Shown here piece by piece: positions 51,141-64,000 of a stretch of DNA of 64,000 bases (the first letter of the stretch is position 1; every line of letters starts with the position of its first letter). Made by a program: the position numbers and the translations under genes. This DNA comes from Podarcis vaucheri (Eukaryota), in assembly GCA_965113315.1 (NCBI GenBank), contig OZ220365.1. The stretch is one strand, 5' to 3'. The notes beneath the pieces were generated by a model, which had not been told where the DNA came from, made no database searches, and saw only the letters and a program-made list of their open reading frames with translations.

Positions 51141-52026
51141 CTCTCAAAGTCAATAAAATATGAATGCCCCCAAATAACATGTTTTATAATAGGTACTAAG
51201 GTTGGCGGCTTGTAGTACTGAGTGTTCTACATTTCTGTACAGTAAGCTAGAACTGCATATAATGACCCAGTATCCCATTATAGTGTAATTGCTTCACTCT
51301 CATCCAGAGCAGTGAAACGTATAGTATGAATTAAGCAGTGCAATGGTGGTTTGCACATACTGTACTGTGATTCCCTGTAGCTTTCTCTTACCCATTTGCC
51401 AACACTTGGCAGCATATGGCTCCCCCGCCCCCCTGTGATTTTTGCTTATAGAGCACACAGTCTTTAAACATTGGCGTTGTAACAGACCCTGTGTCTCTTG
51501 CTGATAAAAAAATAATGTTGATGCATTTGCATTGTACTTGGAAGCTGTTCCCAACTTCATGTGTCCAACATGTATTCTTTCCCCACTGTTCATTTTGGAT
51601 GGCAGTGTTTAATACTCAGCGGGTAGAAACCACGCAGCTGGACATCTTGTTGCCTTCCATTTTGTTTAAAAGTACCTTTAAGTCTGTGTAGTTTTTTTCT
51701 TAATCTGATGTACAGCTCTAAAAATATTCCTTATCTTTTTGTGTAGTAATCTCTCTGAATATGATGAAGTGTGCTGAAATGTAGCCTAGTCCTACAGCTC
51801 TGCTGCAGAAACTTGGTTATACAATCTCATTTATCTTGTTTAGCCTGCAAGGCTATCTGATTTAGAACAACCGAGCAAGCAAATTTGGGAATTCAGCTTA
51901 GAGTTCCAGTGCTGTCATTGCAAAGAGGGAACTAAAGAAAACAGAAGTCTGTTTACTCGCTCAGAAACACGAGCAACAAAAACACTGGCTCTAAGTGTCA
52001 TTCAACTCCTTTTTTCTGTTATCTAG

Positions 52027-52173
52027 GAAAAACAAGACAAAGCTGTTCTCCAAGCTGAAGTCCAACATTTGAGACAAGATAACATGAGACTTCAGGAAGA
52101 ATCTCAAACAGCAGCTGCTCAACTAAGAAAATTTACAGAATGGTTTTTCAATACAATAGACAAGAAATCCTAA
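52027..52173 (+). CDS. SIPA1L2: SIPA1L2 last coding exon (coiled coil, TAA stop)
   Basis: tctag|GAA...TCC TAA; [48 protein letters not shown]. Confidence 0.97.
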   Translation, partial: EKQDKAVLQAEVQHLRQDNMRLQEESQTAAAQLRKFTEWFFNTIDKKS

Positions 52174-53265
52174 TATCAAAGTCCCTCTAAAAGCACAGTT
52201 GAAGCCACATAACACCAGTAACTTTTGAAGTAGCCTAATATAATTTCACTGTGTCCACAATCCATTTTACATTTTCTGCTGTAATCTCTGCCCAGCCCCA
52301 GGCTACTGACAGTAAGAAATTATCTTCATATTCATCTGAAGAAAACAGAGAATGAATAGCAGACATTTGTTTTTGTGAAGATGAATGTACAATTCCTGGT
52401 GTCATTTTAGACATTTTAGAGTATACTTCTGACTTGGGATTGCCTGAAGAAGAATAAATTGGGGTTTATCTTCGGTACTTCAGGTGCTCCAGTGAAGATG
52501 CTAAAGCAATTTATGGTAGCTTGGGTTTCAGTATTGTAAGATAAATAATAATAATAATAAACTAGACATATACTTTCATGTTTAAAGGTGCTCTATTTTT
52601 TTGTATGTACAGTAGATATTTCCACAGTCACATTGTCATAGCAATAAGAATGGAAGTAGAATTGAATAGTCACAAAACTGTGTTTATAAAAATTAGCACT
52701 GAGGTGTTTAACACTAGTTTGGATGCAGATATATTAGGGGTTATTTATTTGCAGAAAAAATGGTGCCTGAATTTAAGCAGTGTTCTGATTTTTCTAAAAA
52801 AAATAAATACACATGCCTTGTAAATGGCTCACTTGAATCAGTTCACTCCAATGTCAGTTCCTTTTGTATAGTTCATGTTCAGCTAAGATTGTTCTAGAGA
52901 AACTAACTATTGAAACCATATGTGGTGCAAGCCAGCCAATCATTTGTATAATGCCAGATTTGTTTATCTTTGTACAGAAGCTTTGAGCGAGTGACTTATA
53001 TTTAACACCTTTATTTAAGCTTATTTAACCTGTTAATTTTATAAAGCTTTTGTTTTATCTGCACTATGGTGAGGACAGTGGATTGCAAGCTACAATGTGT
53101 GTTTAGCTTGCCAAAATGGCACTGCAGAGTTCTAGAAAATTCTAACTATTGGATGCTGCTAGTACACAATTTGTGTAAGTATACTTTAACATTTTTAACT
53201 GTTTCATTTGAAATGAACATACATTTTGCTTTTTTAATAAATGTTAAAAATGTGAACCACAAGTA
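52174..53265 (+). other. SIPA1L2: SIPA1L2 3' UTR (end approximate)
   Basis: Follows the stop codon; AT-rich, free of recognisable TEs; ends shortly after a canonical poly(A) signal. Confidence 0.75.
53236..53241 (+). terminator. Polyadenylation signal AATAAA (a second copy at 53311-53316)
   Basis: AATAAA preceded by a U-rich tract at the end of the UTR-like block. Confidence 0.7.
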
Positions 53266-53924
53266 AGAACTCTCTGTTTATTAACAAAAGCTTCCGGGTT
53301 TGATAGATTCAATAAAGAAAGAGCACAGTTAAAACATTTCGCTTGCACTCTGATTCCAAATCCAAGAACTTGAGTAGCTACTGCTTCAATTCACTTTTAC
53401 ACTCCCCTTTTTAATTCATAGTGTGCAATTTAATAACAACTCTGGATCATATCTGTAAAATAGTCTGCAATCCCATACACACTTACACATTGAACATCGC
53501 AAGACTTATGGTGCAATCCTATACATATTTACACAGAAATATTTGCTTCAAAATGTCTAGCTGTGTACTGAAATGCATGTTGGTAAAAAATGTTTGCAAC
53601 ATCTTAAAAGGAGGTGTTCTCAATTACTTTAACATCTTAATTGCCATATAAAAAATAGGGATCACATTAGATACCACATTTTAAAAGTTTTGGACCATGA
53701 AACTGCTGGACTCCAATTCCCATCATCCCAGACCACTGCCTATGCTAGTTGGAAGTCCAGCAACATCTGGAGGCCCACAATCTTGGAAGTGTGCAAGAAA
53801 AAAAAACTTTATTGGCCCAGCTTGCTTTGAAATACACTACAATGTGAACAATTAAACCAATTTCATAAAAGTGAGGCAAATCTTAAAAACATTGAGCTTT
53901 TTCATTGATGTTTTAATGATATAG

Positions 53925-54222
53925 GTAAAGGTAAAGGGACCCCTGACCATTAAGTCCAGTCGTGACTGACTCTGGGGTTGCAGCGCTCATCTCGCTTTAT
54001 TGGCTGAGGGAGCCGGCTTACATGTGGCCAGCATGACTAAGCCGCTTCTGGTGAGCCAGAGCAGCACACGGAAACGCCGTTTACCTTTCCGCCGGAGCGG
54101 TACCTATTTATCTACTTGCACTTTGACATGCTTTCACCCCATTGCGGGGATTCGAACCGCCAACCTCCTGATCGGCAAGTCCTTGGCTTTGTGGTTTAAC
54201 CCACAGCGCCACCCATGTCCCC
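53925..54222 (-). mobile_element. Sauria SINE with internal deletions
   Basis: Minus strand starts GGGACATGGGTGGCGCTGTGG (tRNA-related head) and ends in an (ACCTTT)n tail; 13-bp TSD TTTAATGATATAG at 53912-24 and 54223-35. Confidence 0.92.
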
Positions 54223-56937
54223 TTTAATGATATAGCTCACTTGTTATACTTGTATACTTGTATACTTGTTCATTGTTCTTCTATATAGTGCTCCTTTGAA
54301 TGTCTTTGAGCAGTGAACGCTTTCCATGTATTGTTAAGGTTTCATCCTCCCTCACCTAACACATTTATTTTTTCTTGTTGGTGCTTTCCTTCATGGTTTC
54401 TCAGAAATTCCAGTGACCAAGCTATCACGTAATTAAGTGGCTGCATGAAAACAGGTCTGAGTGAAATTATGTGAAGTGTAACAAAACTATTTTCTTTTAG
54501 TTGGTCAACCATGGTTAAAAACCATTAAGTGGTCAACAGGCTATAATGGTGCAGATGGAAGATTAATGCTGTGGCCAAGTGCCCAACACCACAGTTTGTG
54601 ATCAGTTGTCATTGTGGAAGGAACCGTATTGCAAAACTCTGCACTTTACAAGCGCTGGCTTTGGTGTCTATAACTCTGAGCAATTGTTTGAAAAAGTCCC
54701 ATTAATTTAAAGTAATTAGATGTGGCACTTGCACGTTCCACTAGAGCTTGGTTTCAAATAAAAGGCATTGGGTTAAACCCAACTGTCTAAAAGCCTTGCC
54801 AAATGTCAAGCTCTGCAGTTTAAAGAAACATCAAAACATGGTGCTAATCATCCTTAGAATTATGAGCAAATTTAAGTAGTTTCGAAAAGCAGACTTTCCC
54901 TGAACAAATAAATGATCATTTATATAAATAGTTTCCATATCTTTTTAAGAGAACGATTTAATTGAGGTGCAGTAACAGACACTGACTTATGTTTGCAGCT
55001 CTTGTGATAGGAACGATAATTTAGCTGCTTACTGGGATTTAGCAAGTAAGAATCTATCATTCCCCTTTATTATCAGTTGTTTCTTTTTAGCCAGAATTGA
55101 AATTTATGTTTCCCACTCCACATTTGCTATGTTTGTCATTCCTGTGGTGGCCCACTGTGGTTACTTATACACATGTTTTTACATATGGGTAGCAGTAGAT
55201 TTCAGATTAGGCTTTCTTCCTTTTATCTCTTAAGAATTGTGGAATGGAATCAGTGAACATGCCTATTTTATGGCACATTTGCTAACTGCAGCATAAAGCA
55301 AAAACCCAAAGTTGAGAATCATAAGACTTCTGAAATTTAAATCTACATAAAAGAAAGTTACTGAAAATAGTGCTAACACCAATGGGGGGAGGCACCTGTA
55401 GCTGTAGAAGTAAGATACAGGAATAGAGGTTTACTGAATTATGAGTGGTGTGGAGAAAATTGATATTAATTATTCCCTTTTTGTGTAATAGCAAAGCACC
55501 AGGTCACACAACAAAGTTGATTGCTAGACCAGATCCACGCAGCACATAATCAACTAATGGTATTCACTCACACAAAGTGTGGTGATGACCACTCGCTTAG
55601 GTGGCTTTTAAAGAGGATTCGACGAAACTTGTAAAGGACAGGTCCATCAGTCATGCTAACGAATGAAGCTCCATGTTGAGAATCAGTATACAGTACCTCT
55701 GAGTAGCAGATGCTGCAACAAACAGGGAAAGGCTGTTGATTTCATTCCATTCTGTGAACTTACTGAGAGTGATCAGGTTGGTAGCTTTTGGAATGCTGGC
55801 CTAAATGGTCTAATCAATGATAGTTCTCATGTCATCTATCCACTATCAGTACTCTGGGTGGTCTACTGCTGGTTTTAATGAAGTATAATATGTACAATAG
55901 TAGACCTTTGTATTGTATAGGGGCCCTGTATCTTCAGTGACATCTTCAGTAAATCAATGATCAGCTGAGCAATAGTGAAAATAGAGAAGAGAATCAATCA
56001 TAGATGAAATGGTGAATTATATCCAGATGCTCTCTTAGAAGTGAGGTCAAACAACTTGGCAAACAATGAGAAAGATAAAATTGAAGTCTGTCCTTATTAA
56101 CCATGACCGTGGCAATCCATAGTCCGCTGGTTGATTGATTTTTGAAGTGAATGTGGTTTAAACCTTTTACTAAGCTCCAAATAATATTCTTCCCACACAA
56201 AACCCCCAATGCATTATGTGTGTCAATCTGTTTAAAGCTGGAGAGCCCCACATGCAGCAGGTTGTCAAACTGGATAGTTGAATTGTAGGCAGAAATTTGT
56301 GATACTTTGCCAACATTTTAATTCTTTTTATTAAGAAATGTATACCCTTTCCAATTATATGTGTGCAGGTGACAACATGACCAGCATCTCCTACTGCTGC
56401 CCTGCAGCGATTCTGAATACCTTGATTACCCCTTTGTAAGCCACAGTTCTTCTCTTGAAGAAAAGTGCTGAAAGATCAGGATGTCAGGAGCACAAACCTA
56501 GCTATTTCCACTGTCTCTCTTAAGAGTAGCAACAGAACAGTGCTTCAGGGCCTGCGAGTTCACTGATTTACTATCTGTTTGTGGGAAGGCAGGGTGGAAA
56601 GGCAGCCCAACATTTTGTAGAAAGGCATGGTTGGCAGTCAGCCCAAGGAACAACATCTTAATCATAACATGTGAATAACTAAGATACTAGACAGGTCTTC
56701 TGGAAAGGAATCCGAGGTGTTTGTGCTTCATTTCTGAAACCAAATGTTCTGTTTATATAAATGCTATCTTTTGTCTTGATCAGTTTGCTTCAAATGCCGT
56801 CACTGGAACCCAAATAAATTATGACTAATTGTGCAGGTGGCATCTTGCATATGTATTTAGTACATCCCTCTTCAGAAAAACAAACAGGATGTATGTCCTT
56901 TTATGATGATTCCTGACACATCTGAAGATGTTTAATT

Positions 56938-57250
56938 GCCTAGGGCTTGCTGATCGGAAGGTTGGCGGAGTGAGCTCCCATTGTTCATTCCCACCTCCTG
57001 CCCACCTAGCAGTTCGAAAGCACATCAAAGTGCAAGTAGATAAATAGGTACCGCTCCGGTGGGAAGGTAAACGGCGTTTCCGTGTGCTGCTCTGGTTCAC
57101 CAGAAGCGACTTAGTCATGCTGGCCACATGACCCGGAAGCTGTCTGCGGACAAACGCCGGCTCCCTCGGCCTATAGAGTGGCATGAGCACACAACCCAAG
57201 AGTCGTCCATGACTGGACCTGACGGTCAGGGGTACCTTTACCTTTACCCT
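56938..57250 (+). mobile_element. Sauria SINE, 5'-truncated
   Basis: Shares the core gtgcaagtagataaataggtaccgctccgg...aaggtaaacggcgtttccgtgtgctgctctgg with the 54-kb copy; ends accttta cctttacc. Confidence 0.9.
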
Positions 57251-60200
57251 TAACAGTGGCCAAGGTCTTGTCACTGGGAGGTAAACATCAGGTGGTGTCT
57301 CCAACACAGGAGAGAAGGGGTTATGTTCACCATGAAGTTGTGACAGTGAGTGCCACACCTGACCAGTGCTTTTCTTTTGGGGGTGGTGGTACTGCGTTCC
57401 CTTGAGTACCTCCAGAAAAAAATCACTGCTTATAGATATGACCTCTATAATATAGAGGCAAGGCATCTAATTGATGCCCAGCCTTTCCCTGGAGGTAAGC
57501 TACATGCATAAGGAAGGTATGAAGCAAGAAGCGGGAAGTGAGAGTGCTTGGCTGGGGAAGAAGGAAAAGGCATGTAGAGTCAAGAAAATGTAGAGAGAAT
57601 AGGTGAATGTTGGGTATGTAGCAGTCTGCCTGCTACCAAAGCACATCCACTTGTTAACCCAAACTGCTCGCAAGAAAAAGAAATGGGAGCCAAACGCAGC
57701 AGGAGCCAAACTACTTGGACATCTGATTCTCCAGGGAGGGCTACAGTGGCTTAAAGCAGAAAGCTCCATGCTGACTCCCAGGAGGCCTGCAATTTGAACC
57801 TACAGTAGTTGCGGCACACAATCCAGACACTACTGTTCTTCTGGAAGGGAGCATCAGAGCTTATCAGAATTTCCAGTTTTGACCCTGCCATCATTTTCAT
57901 TATTATTATGACATTTCTTAGTCACACAAAAAATTATCAGAGCTCATTAGGAAAGCAAAGTTAAGACCTCAAGTTTTAATCTCTTAACCTGTCCTTCACA
58001 GTCAGCTGTTTAGCTAGTAGGAGGCACAAAGTCAGAACCTTAGGGGGTAGCTGGACCTTGATGCTCCACTACCAGCTGGCTTCTTTCCTAATGTTCTTCA
58101 GCAATATTGTCAGTGGAATGCAGAAGTCCAGCCAAAGTTAAGGCCGCTACTCCTTCTCAAAGAGGCTTTATACCCCACCCTGCTTCAGTCATGGAAAGCT
58201 TCAAGGTGCCCCCCATACAGTGACCCAGTTGCACTACTTCTATCAAAATGTGTGGGAAGGCTAACCCTAGTCTAGGGTCTATGAGTTGCTGGAGGGTTTT
58301 TTTTTGGGGGGGGGGTATATGGCAGAAGTCATCTTCTCAAAATGGGAGGACTCTCATCTTCAGAGGGGACATCAAGCCTTTGACCAGAGAATGGGTTAAT
58401 CCTTTTCCACCTGTGTATCAGAATGGAAATTCATGGTGAGTTCAACTTTCATATCAAAACAAACCCATGAAGGTTTAAGTGTCCTAAGGGTAGGCTGTTG
58501 AAATCGTGTAATATTTGGCCCTCCAGATGTTGCTAAACTGCAACTGTTGCTGGGGGTTGTAGTTCAACAACAAACAGAGGACAAAATGATCCTCACAACT
58601 GGTGTAGCCTGCCTTTCCTCCCAACCTCTGATTTAAAAAAAGATGTCTGCGCTGTAATAATGCTGTGAGCTTGTTCTACGTAGTACACCCACCTCCTGTC
58701 TCTCAATCCTTCACTTTTAGTTCTAACTTGAAACAGTCGCTGTGTACTGAAGTCATATGATCAGGCTGGCTGTCCTCACTTGCCAAAGGTAAGTATCTTA
58801 CATTAGGTTATGCTATCACAGTGGGATCTTGCCAGCTTAGATGCAACTTGATTCCCTCCCTCATGGGCAAGTCATTGGAAGGTGGGAAGGATTTGACAAA
58901 TCAAACACGAGAGGAACACCTGCAACAAGAATTATGCAAGGTTGCTAAGAGATTATTAGGATCTCTATACTAACAAGAACATCATCCAAAACTGTTTAAA
59001 TAACTGTGGCTGAATCAAGTTACTAGGGATGATGTGCAGAGACTTTTGTGCATTGAAGATCTTACCATGAAAATGAGAGTCTGTAATAGGTATCGCTCCC
59101 TTTGAATGGAAGCCCAAGTACTTGTTGCCAGTTCATTTCTGGGCTCAATTCAAAGTGCTCAGTCACTTGGCTGACCTTGGGCCAGTCTCTGTGGGTGAGA
59201 TCCAATATAATGTTAGTACAAGATGTTTGAGAATTGAGGTTGTTGCTCAGATGCTAACACAATCAGTAGTACGTGAAGGTAACTATTACAGAGTGGCCAC
59301 TGTGAGAACTGGGTCTGGACTAGCTAGACCCCTGACATGATCCAACAGGCTCTGCTTATATTCTTAATAGTGACTGTGTTAGATGTTACACATTTATTGC
59401 AGGGATGACTTCAGCTGTTGCACTATACTAAGGATAACTCTCCAGCCAGCACGTGCTTCTTCAACCTCGCGCCTTGCAGTTGTTTTGGATTCCTGCTCCC
59501 GTCAGTTTCAACCAGTATATCCGGGCAGCCAACATAGCTAATTATCAGAGTTGTTGTGTGGATATAAATGGAAAGCAAAGAGCCACATATACACCACCTT
59601 GAATTCCTTGGAGAAAACATGGGATATAAATGCCATAAATAAACATTAAACAAGAAAGATTCAAATATGTTGCCCTTCTTATCTGAAGAATCATCTGGGC
59701 AGACGAGGAACATTTCTGCTCGTCATCTCACTCCCTCAGTTTATCATGAACCTAAAGCTCCTCTTTCCCCTCTGATGTACATGAAATTATTTCCCTTGGT
59801 GGCTCACAAGTGAAAACTTAAAAAAATAAAAAATAAAAAGAGTAGCCTATCAACACAGTGCTATTTGCACTGTCAAATACTTTCTCTAAATACGTCAGCC
59901 AACAGGCGAGGAACAGAACTCCACCATATGTTCAAAAACTTCTCTTGTAGAGACTTCCGCAGTCTACATGGAGCACATTTGTTCCAATTCCAACATACCT
60001 GATTATCATCGCCTAACACGTACATACGAAAATGTGTGCTGTTATCAGTATGCTGTACTTTAAACGAATGCATGCTTACCTGAGCTGGAGATCTGGGCCT
60101 GTAGTTTGTGGGAAACCAAAATCAATAAGATATGAATGCCTAAATACACCGATGTTCTTGATTGGTGCCTTTTCTTGACTTTGAGCTTCTGAAAATGTCT

Positions 60201-63200
60201 GCCTGCCATAGGCACCAGGTCCCAGGGGCCCTGGGTGCTGTGGCTCCACATTTTAAGTGAGGGGGCAGGGCACCCACAAAATTTGGTGCATCCGAGCATG
60301 CTTTCCCCCCAGCATGCCTGCGCTACATCACTGTGCCCCTCTACATGCGTGATTGACACCAGCACACCAGGGAGGTGTGATACCATAGTGCGCACACACT
60401 GGGGGGGTGTAATGATGTCATGCACACACCTCACACTCTGCGCATGCACACTGGTGATGGCACGAGGCCCCAGGCATCTGCAGTCATGGGGGCAAGACAG
60501 TGCTGTTGCTCCTTGCATAAAGTCGTCAGGTGTCTTTTTTCTACTCATTTGGCTAGAACTCAGCAGGCAACTGAGATGGAAAGGGAAATGTAAACGTCAT
60601 AGCCATGAAAGAAGGTGACTGACAAGAGAAAGGAATTCCGTTTACTTCTGAAAAGGATTCCCCATTAGGTGTGTGCAAAGTAACTGTTCTACTAAAAATG
60701 TCCAACTAGAATGTTTTCCTGAGAACACAGCCTGTAAGGAGACATCTGTAGTCAGAAATCAAGGAGAATATGCTCTTCTCAGATGAATGATCATTGCAAT
60801 AACAAAATGGTTTGAAGATCACACTGCCTGTTGTATAAGAAACATGACTTGGGAGGAGTCACAAAATTTCAATTGATTTCAATTTCCCAGTCACTTAGAA
60901 AAAAACCAACTGATGCTTTCAAAGCCCCAGATTCTCAATTTTCGTGATTAATATGCCTCTGTGTCATTTCCAAGACAATATCAATAAAATAGCATCTTGA
61001 CATTCTGGCAGAAAAGATAACAAACATTTTCATGTATCCCCAAATGGAATGACACAACTGTTGTTAAAAAAATCATTGTTTCCCAAATAGCTAGGGCCTT
61101 TTCTTTCTTTGCTTTTATTTCCCTTCATTTCCTTTTGGCAGATGTGAGGGCTTGATAAAATCCACCCAGAAAATAACATGTTTCATTTTTAAAAAAAAAA
61201 CCCCGCAGAATTTTCATTGGAAGAGGCTCTGCCAAAAAGATGATAAAGGGCTTAGGAAGCATCTTCAGTAGAAAAGGGTAGGGAGGCCTCGGGGGGGGGG
61301 GAAGGTTGACATAGGACCATCTTCAAATGTTTGAAAGGTTAGCTCACAAAGACAACAGGGGGGATGGCAATAAGGAAGAGATCGTGTGATTAAATCGAAC
61401 ACAAGTGGTTTAACCATGGATTTACACATTATCGGTGTTCCTCCTTCCCTTTCTGTAGTGTGTACTTTCCTCAAATCCATTTGGGAATCACTAGCCCATG
61501 CCATAGGTCCTATGATGTAGAGCAGGGATGGACTAACTCTCAGTGTAATGATAACAGTACACAATATACATTGAACTTCACAAATTATCCAGGTTTAAAT
61601 GCTGAATGCCTTCAGTACCAGTTGCTTGGAAGAAGGCAATTGCCCTCACATCTCCAGTGACTGGCTGCTGTAGTAAGTAGGATGCTTAAATAAGTGGATT
61701 CTTGGTCTGATCCAGCTGGGAGAGTTTTATGTTAAAGGAGTTTGGGGAGGAGAGAAACACACCCCAGGACTGTGTTTGGTAGCAGGCCCATGTTTCTGAT
61801 AAGGTTGCAGCTCACACCATGTGGACAAAGCATTAGAAAACACTCTACTGCAAACACAATGATATGAAGGACAAAATGCACTTCTTAGATTGCAAGCTCT
61901 TTTTTTTAAAGATCTATAAGCTATCTAGGAGCCTATTTTGGCTGAAGAGTGCAATATACATTGTTTAGGTACACATAGCTCCTCATCTTGGGAGTCGTTC
62001 AGTGCATTTCATTTTTCTTTTAGCTTTATTTATTTATTTACAATTGCCACCTGCCTTTTGAAATAACTTAAGATTGAATTATTTCCCAAGCCCAAGAAAG
62101 GCTGCAGTTCACATATAAATATGCCTTAGTGCTTGCATTTTATGAGTTTAGAAGTGCACTCTTCCTTTCTCTCTCATTATATACACTCTATGGCCTCCTG
62201 CACATTTCCCCTCTGGTGAAATTCCCATGTCTGGCATCCCATTCAGAGCCCAGTTGCAGTGAGCTGGCTTTTCATTCTGGATTTTTAAACCTACTTTCCC
62301 TCTCTCTGTAGATCCCCTAGAGCTGAACGCATCAACTTGGCACCAAGTCACATCTGCTTATATCATTCATTCTGATGTGTGCAGTAGTTCAGTCAAGGAA
62401 GCTGATGCAGAGCAGTAGCCAAGCTATGCAGCCGCAGCACCACAAGTTAAATGCAATGTAATTTTTGTGGGATGGGAAGGAGAATGACGGGTTTCCCATT
62501 TAAAAGATCTTGCCTCAGTAATAGGTTCCGGCAGGAATGGCAGCACCTTTCCTTCGCACCTTGGACTTGCTCCTCAGCAATGCATAGTGTTGGTAAGAGA
62601 AGGCCCCAAGGTCTTCAGGCAACCTTGCTGGCTTCCTAACCATTTCTGGCTGTTGAAAAGGGCTTTGGGGGATTATTAGCATCTGAGGTAATACAGCTTG
62701 ACTTCTAGACCTCTAGAATTTATGGCAGAAAATGTGGGCTAAATCAGCCTCATATAACCAGCATGCTCAACTCTAGTTGGTGCATGAAGGGGTTAAGACC
62801 TCAGAGTAAGCCTTTTTCCTAGACTTAGCTAGGTCACACGCCCTCACCGTGGAAGGAAGGAAGTCAAGTTTCTTTGTTTCTAACATCAGGATTTTAAAAT
62901 TCCTTTAAAAAGCCGAAATCGCTACAAGGGGCTCTCCAACCAAAGAATACTTGCCCCAAACCTGGATCTAGGCATCCTTTTATTCTTCTAAGCCAAACAG
63001 AAAATGGCCTCCTATCTTGATATTGTAGGGTTTTTATATTGTATTGTACCTGTGTTTTTATATTGTGATTTTATCCTGTGAACCGCCCTGAGACCTGTGG
63101 GTATAGGGCTGTGTGTGTGTGTGAACTTCATTAAGGGCTTTACAATCTCCTCCACAAAGAATAGGCTCATGTACCGTATATCTTCCACTAGGTGTGTTTC

Positions 63201-63736
63201 CTCAGGATACCCCACTCTTATATGGATGGTGCTCTTTTGTAAAACACCTTCCTGGCATGCAGTGCAGATGTCTTGTCCCTTACCAGAATCAGCAACTGTC
63301 TGGACTGGAGGTTCACTGTGGGCATTGTAGTCTCCTTTGCTATATGAATGGGACCCCCACTTCCTCCACTGAGCAGGTTTCCTGCACACACCCACTTCTG
63401 TAATGGATGATGGGATTTTGCCTGAAGATTTCCCAATAGGCAATGCAGATGTCTTGCTCCTTAGAAGTATCAACCATCATCATCCTGACTGTGGTTCCAC
63501 TGGGCTCTTTGCAACCTTCTTCTGCTTCATCTACTAGCTGGATTTCCTGCCAACATGTTGCCATCCTCTCTTTGGCTGACCTACAAAAGTTCCAACACAC
63601 ATCCTGGCCCTCCTTTCCTTTCAGTTATGGACTCTTGGGTGCAGCTCCCCAAGGACTCTGCCTTAAACAAGCATGCTCATTTATATGTTTGCTTCCTTGC
63701 TTGTAAAATTCATATGCTTTCATCACTAAATAACCC

Positions 63737-63809
63737 CAGAATGGGTCACAACAATGGAAAGACAACACCATCGCAGAATGGGTCACAACAATGGAAAGAC
63801 AACACCATC
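63737..63809. repeat. Perfect 36-bp tandem duplication (period 37)
   Basis: CAGAATGGGTCACAACAATGGAAAGACAACACCATC at 63737-72 and 63774-809. Confidence 0.92.
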
Positions 63810-63944
63810 AAAAAAAAACAAAAACCCCCTAAAGAACCAGCAGGTCAATATAAAATTTAACTTTGGGTGATTTTTGTGAAAGAAAATTTTCTGTATATTT
63901 ATTTCATTTTAATGGGTTTTTATTACATATATATGTATGCTGTA

Positions 63945-64000
63945 GGGATGCAGGTGGCGCTGTGGTCTAAACCACTGAGCCTTGGGCTTGCTGATCAGAA
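63945..64000 (+). mobile_element. Sauria SINE 5' end, cut by the window edge
   Basis: GGGATGCAGGTGGCGCTGTGGTCTAAACCACTGAGCCTTGGGCTTGCTGATCAGAA matches the head of the other copies. Confidence 0.85.

Noticed and set aside
56825-57466. 213-aa minus-strand ORF similar to ORF 54000..54227
   Set aside because: The shared peptide (HVASMTK.LLV.QSSTRKRRLP..RSGTYLSTCTL) is the antisense translation of the Sauria SINE core, not a gene family.
57500-63900. Second gene downstream of SIPA1L2 (ORFs 60060..60548, 60235..60618, 63012..63473)
   Set aside because: No recognisable protein similarity or consistent splice chain; the ORFs overlap degraded repeat-like sequence.

Overview
Eukaryotic, AT-rich, intron-dominated genomic DNA from a squamate reptile. 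Sauria SINE copies point to a lizard, probably a lacertid (inference). The window holds most of the coding region of SIPA1L2 (SPAR2; Rap GTPase-activating protein) on the + strand. I read 20 GT-AG coding exons from 981 to the TAA stop at 52171-52173. Their splice phases join into one open frame of 3677 nt (about 1225 aa) covering the RapGAP domain (KRHIGND), PDZ domain, Ser-rich region, SPAR_C region and C-terminal coiled coil. The large first coding exon lies upstream of the window. A 3'UTR of about 1.1 kb ends near AATAAA at 53236, followed by about 11 kb of apparently intergenic DNA. The introns carry L2 and CR1 LINE fragments, SINEs, hAT and Tc2-type MITEs (some nested) and a solo LTR. Nearly all other ORF-track entries are spurious. 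I found no convincing new multi-gene system. The best leads are regulatory or structural: a sense solo LTR with intact-looking promoter motifs, a 54-nt cassette exon followed by RBFOX motifs, two long near-perfect hairpins, a TTAGGG-bearing modular hAT MITE family, and an apparent Arg-to-Trp change in the RapGAP domain.
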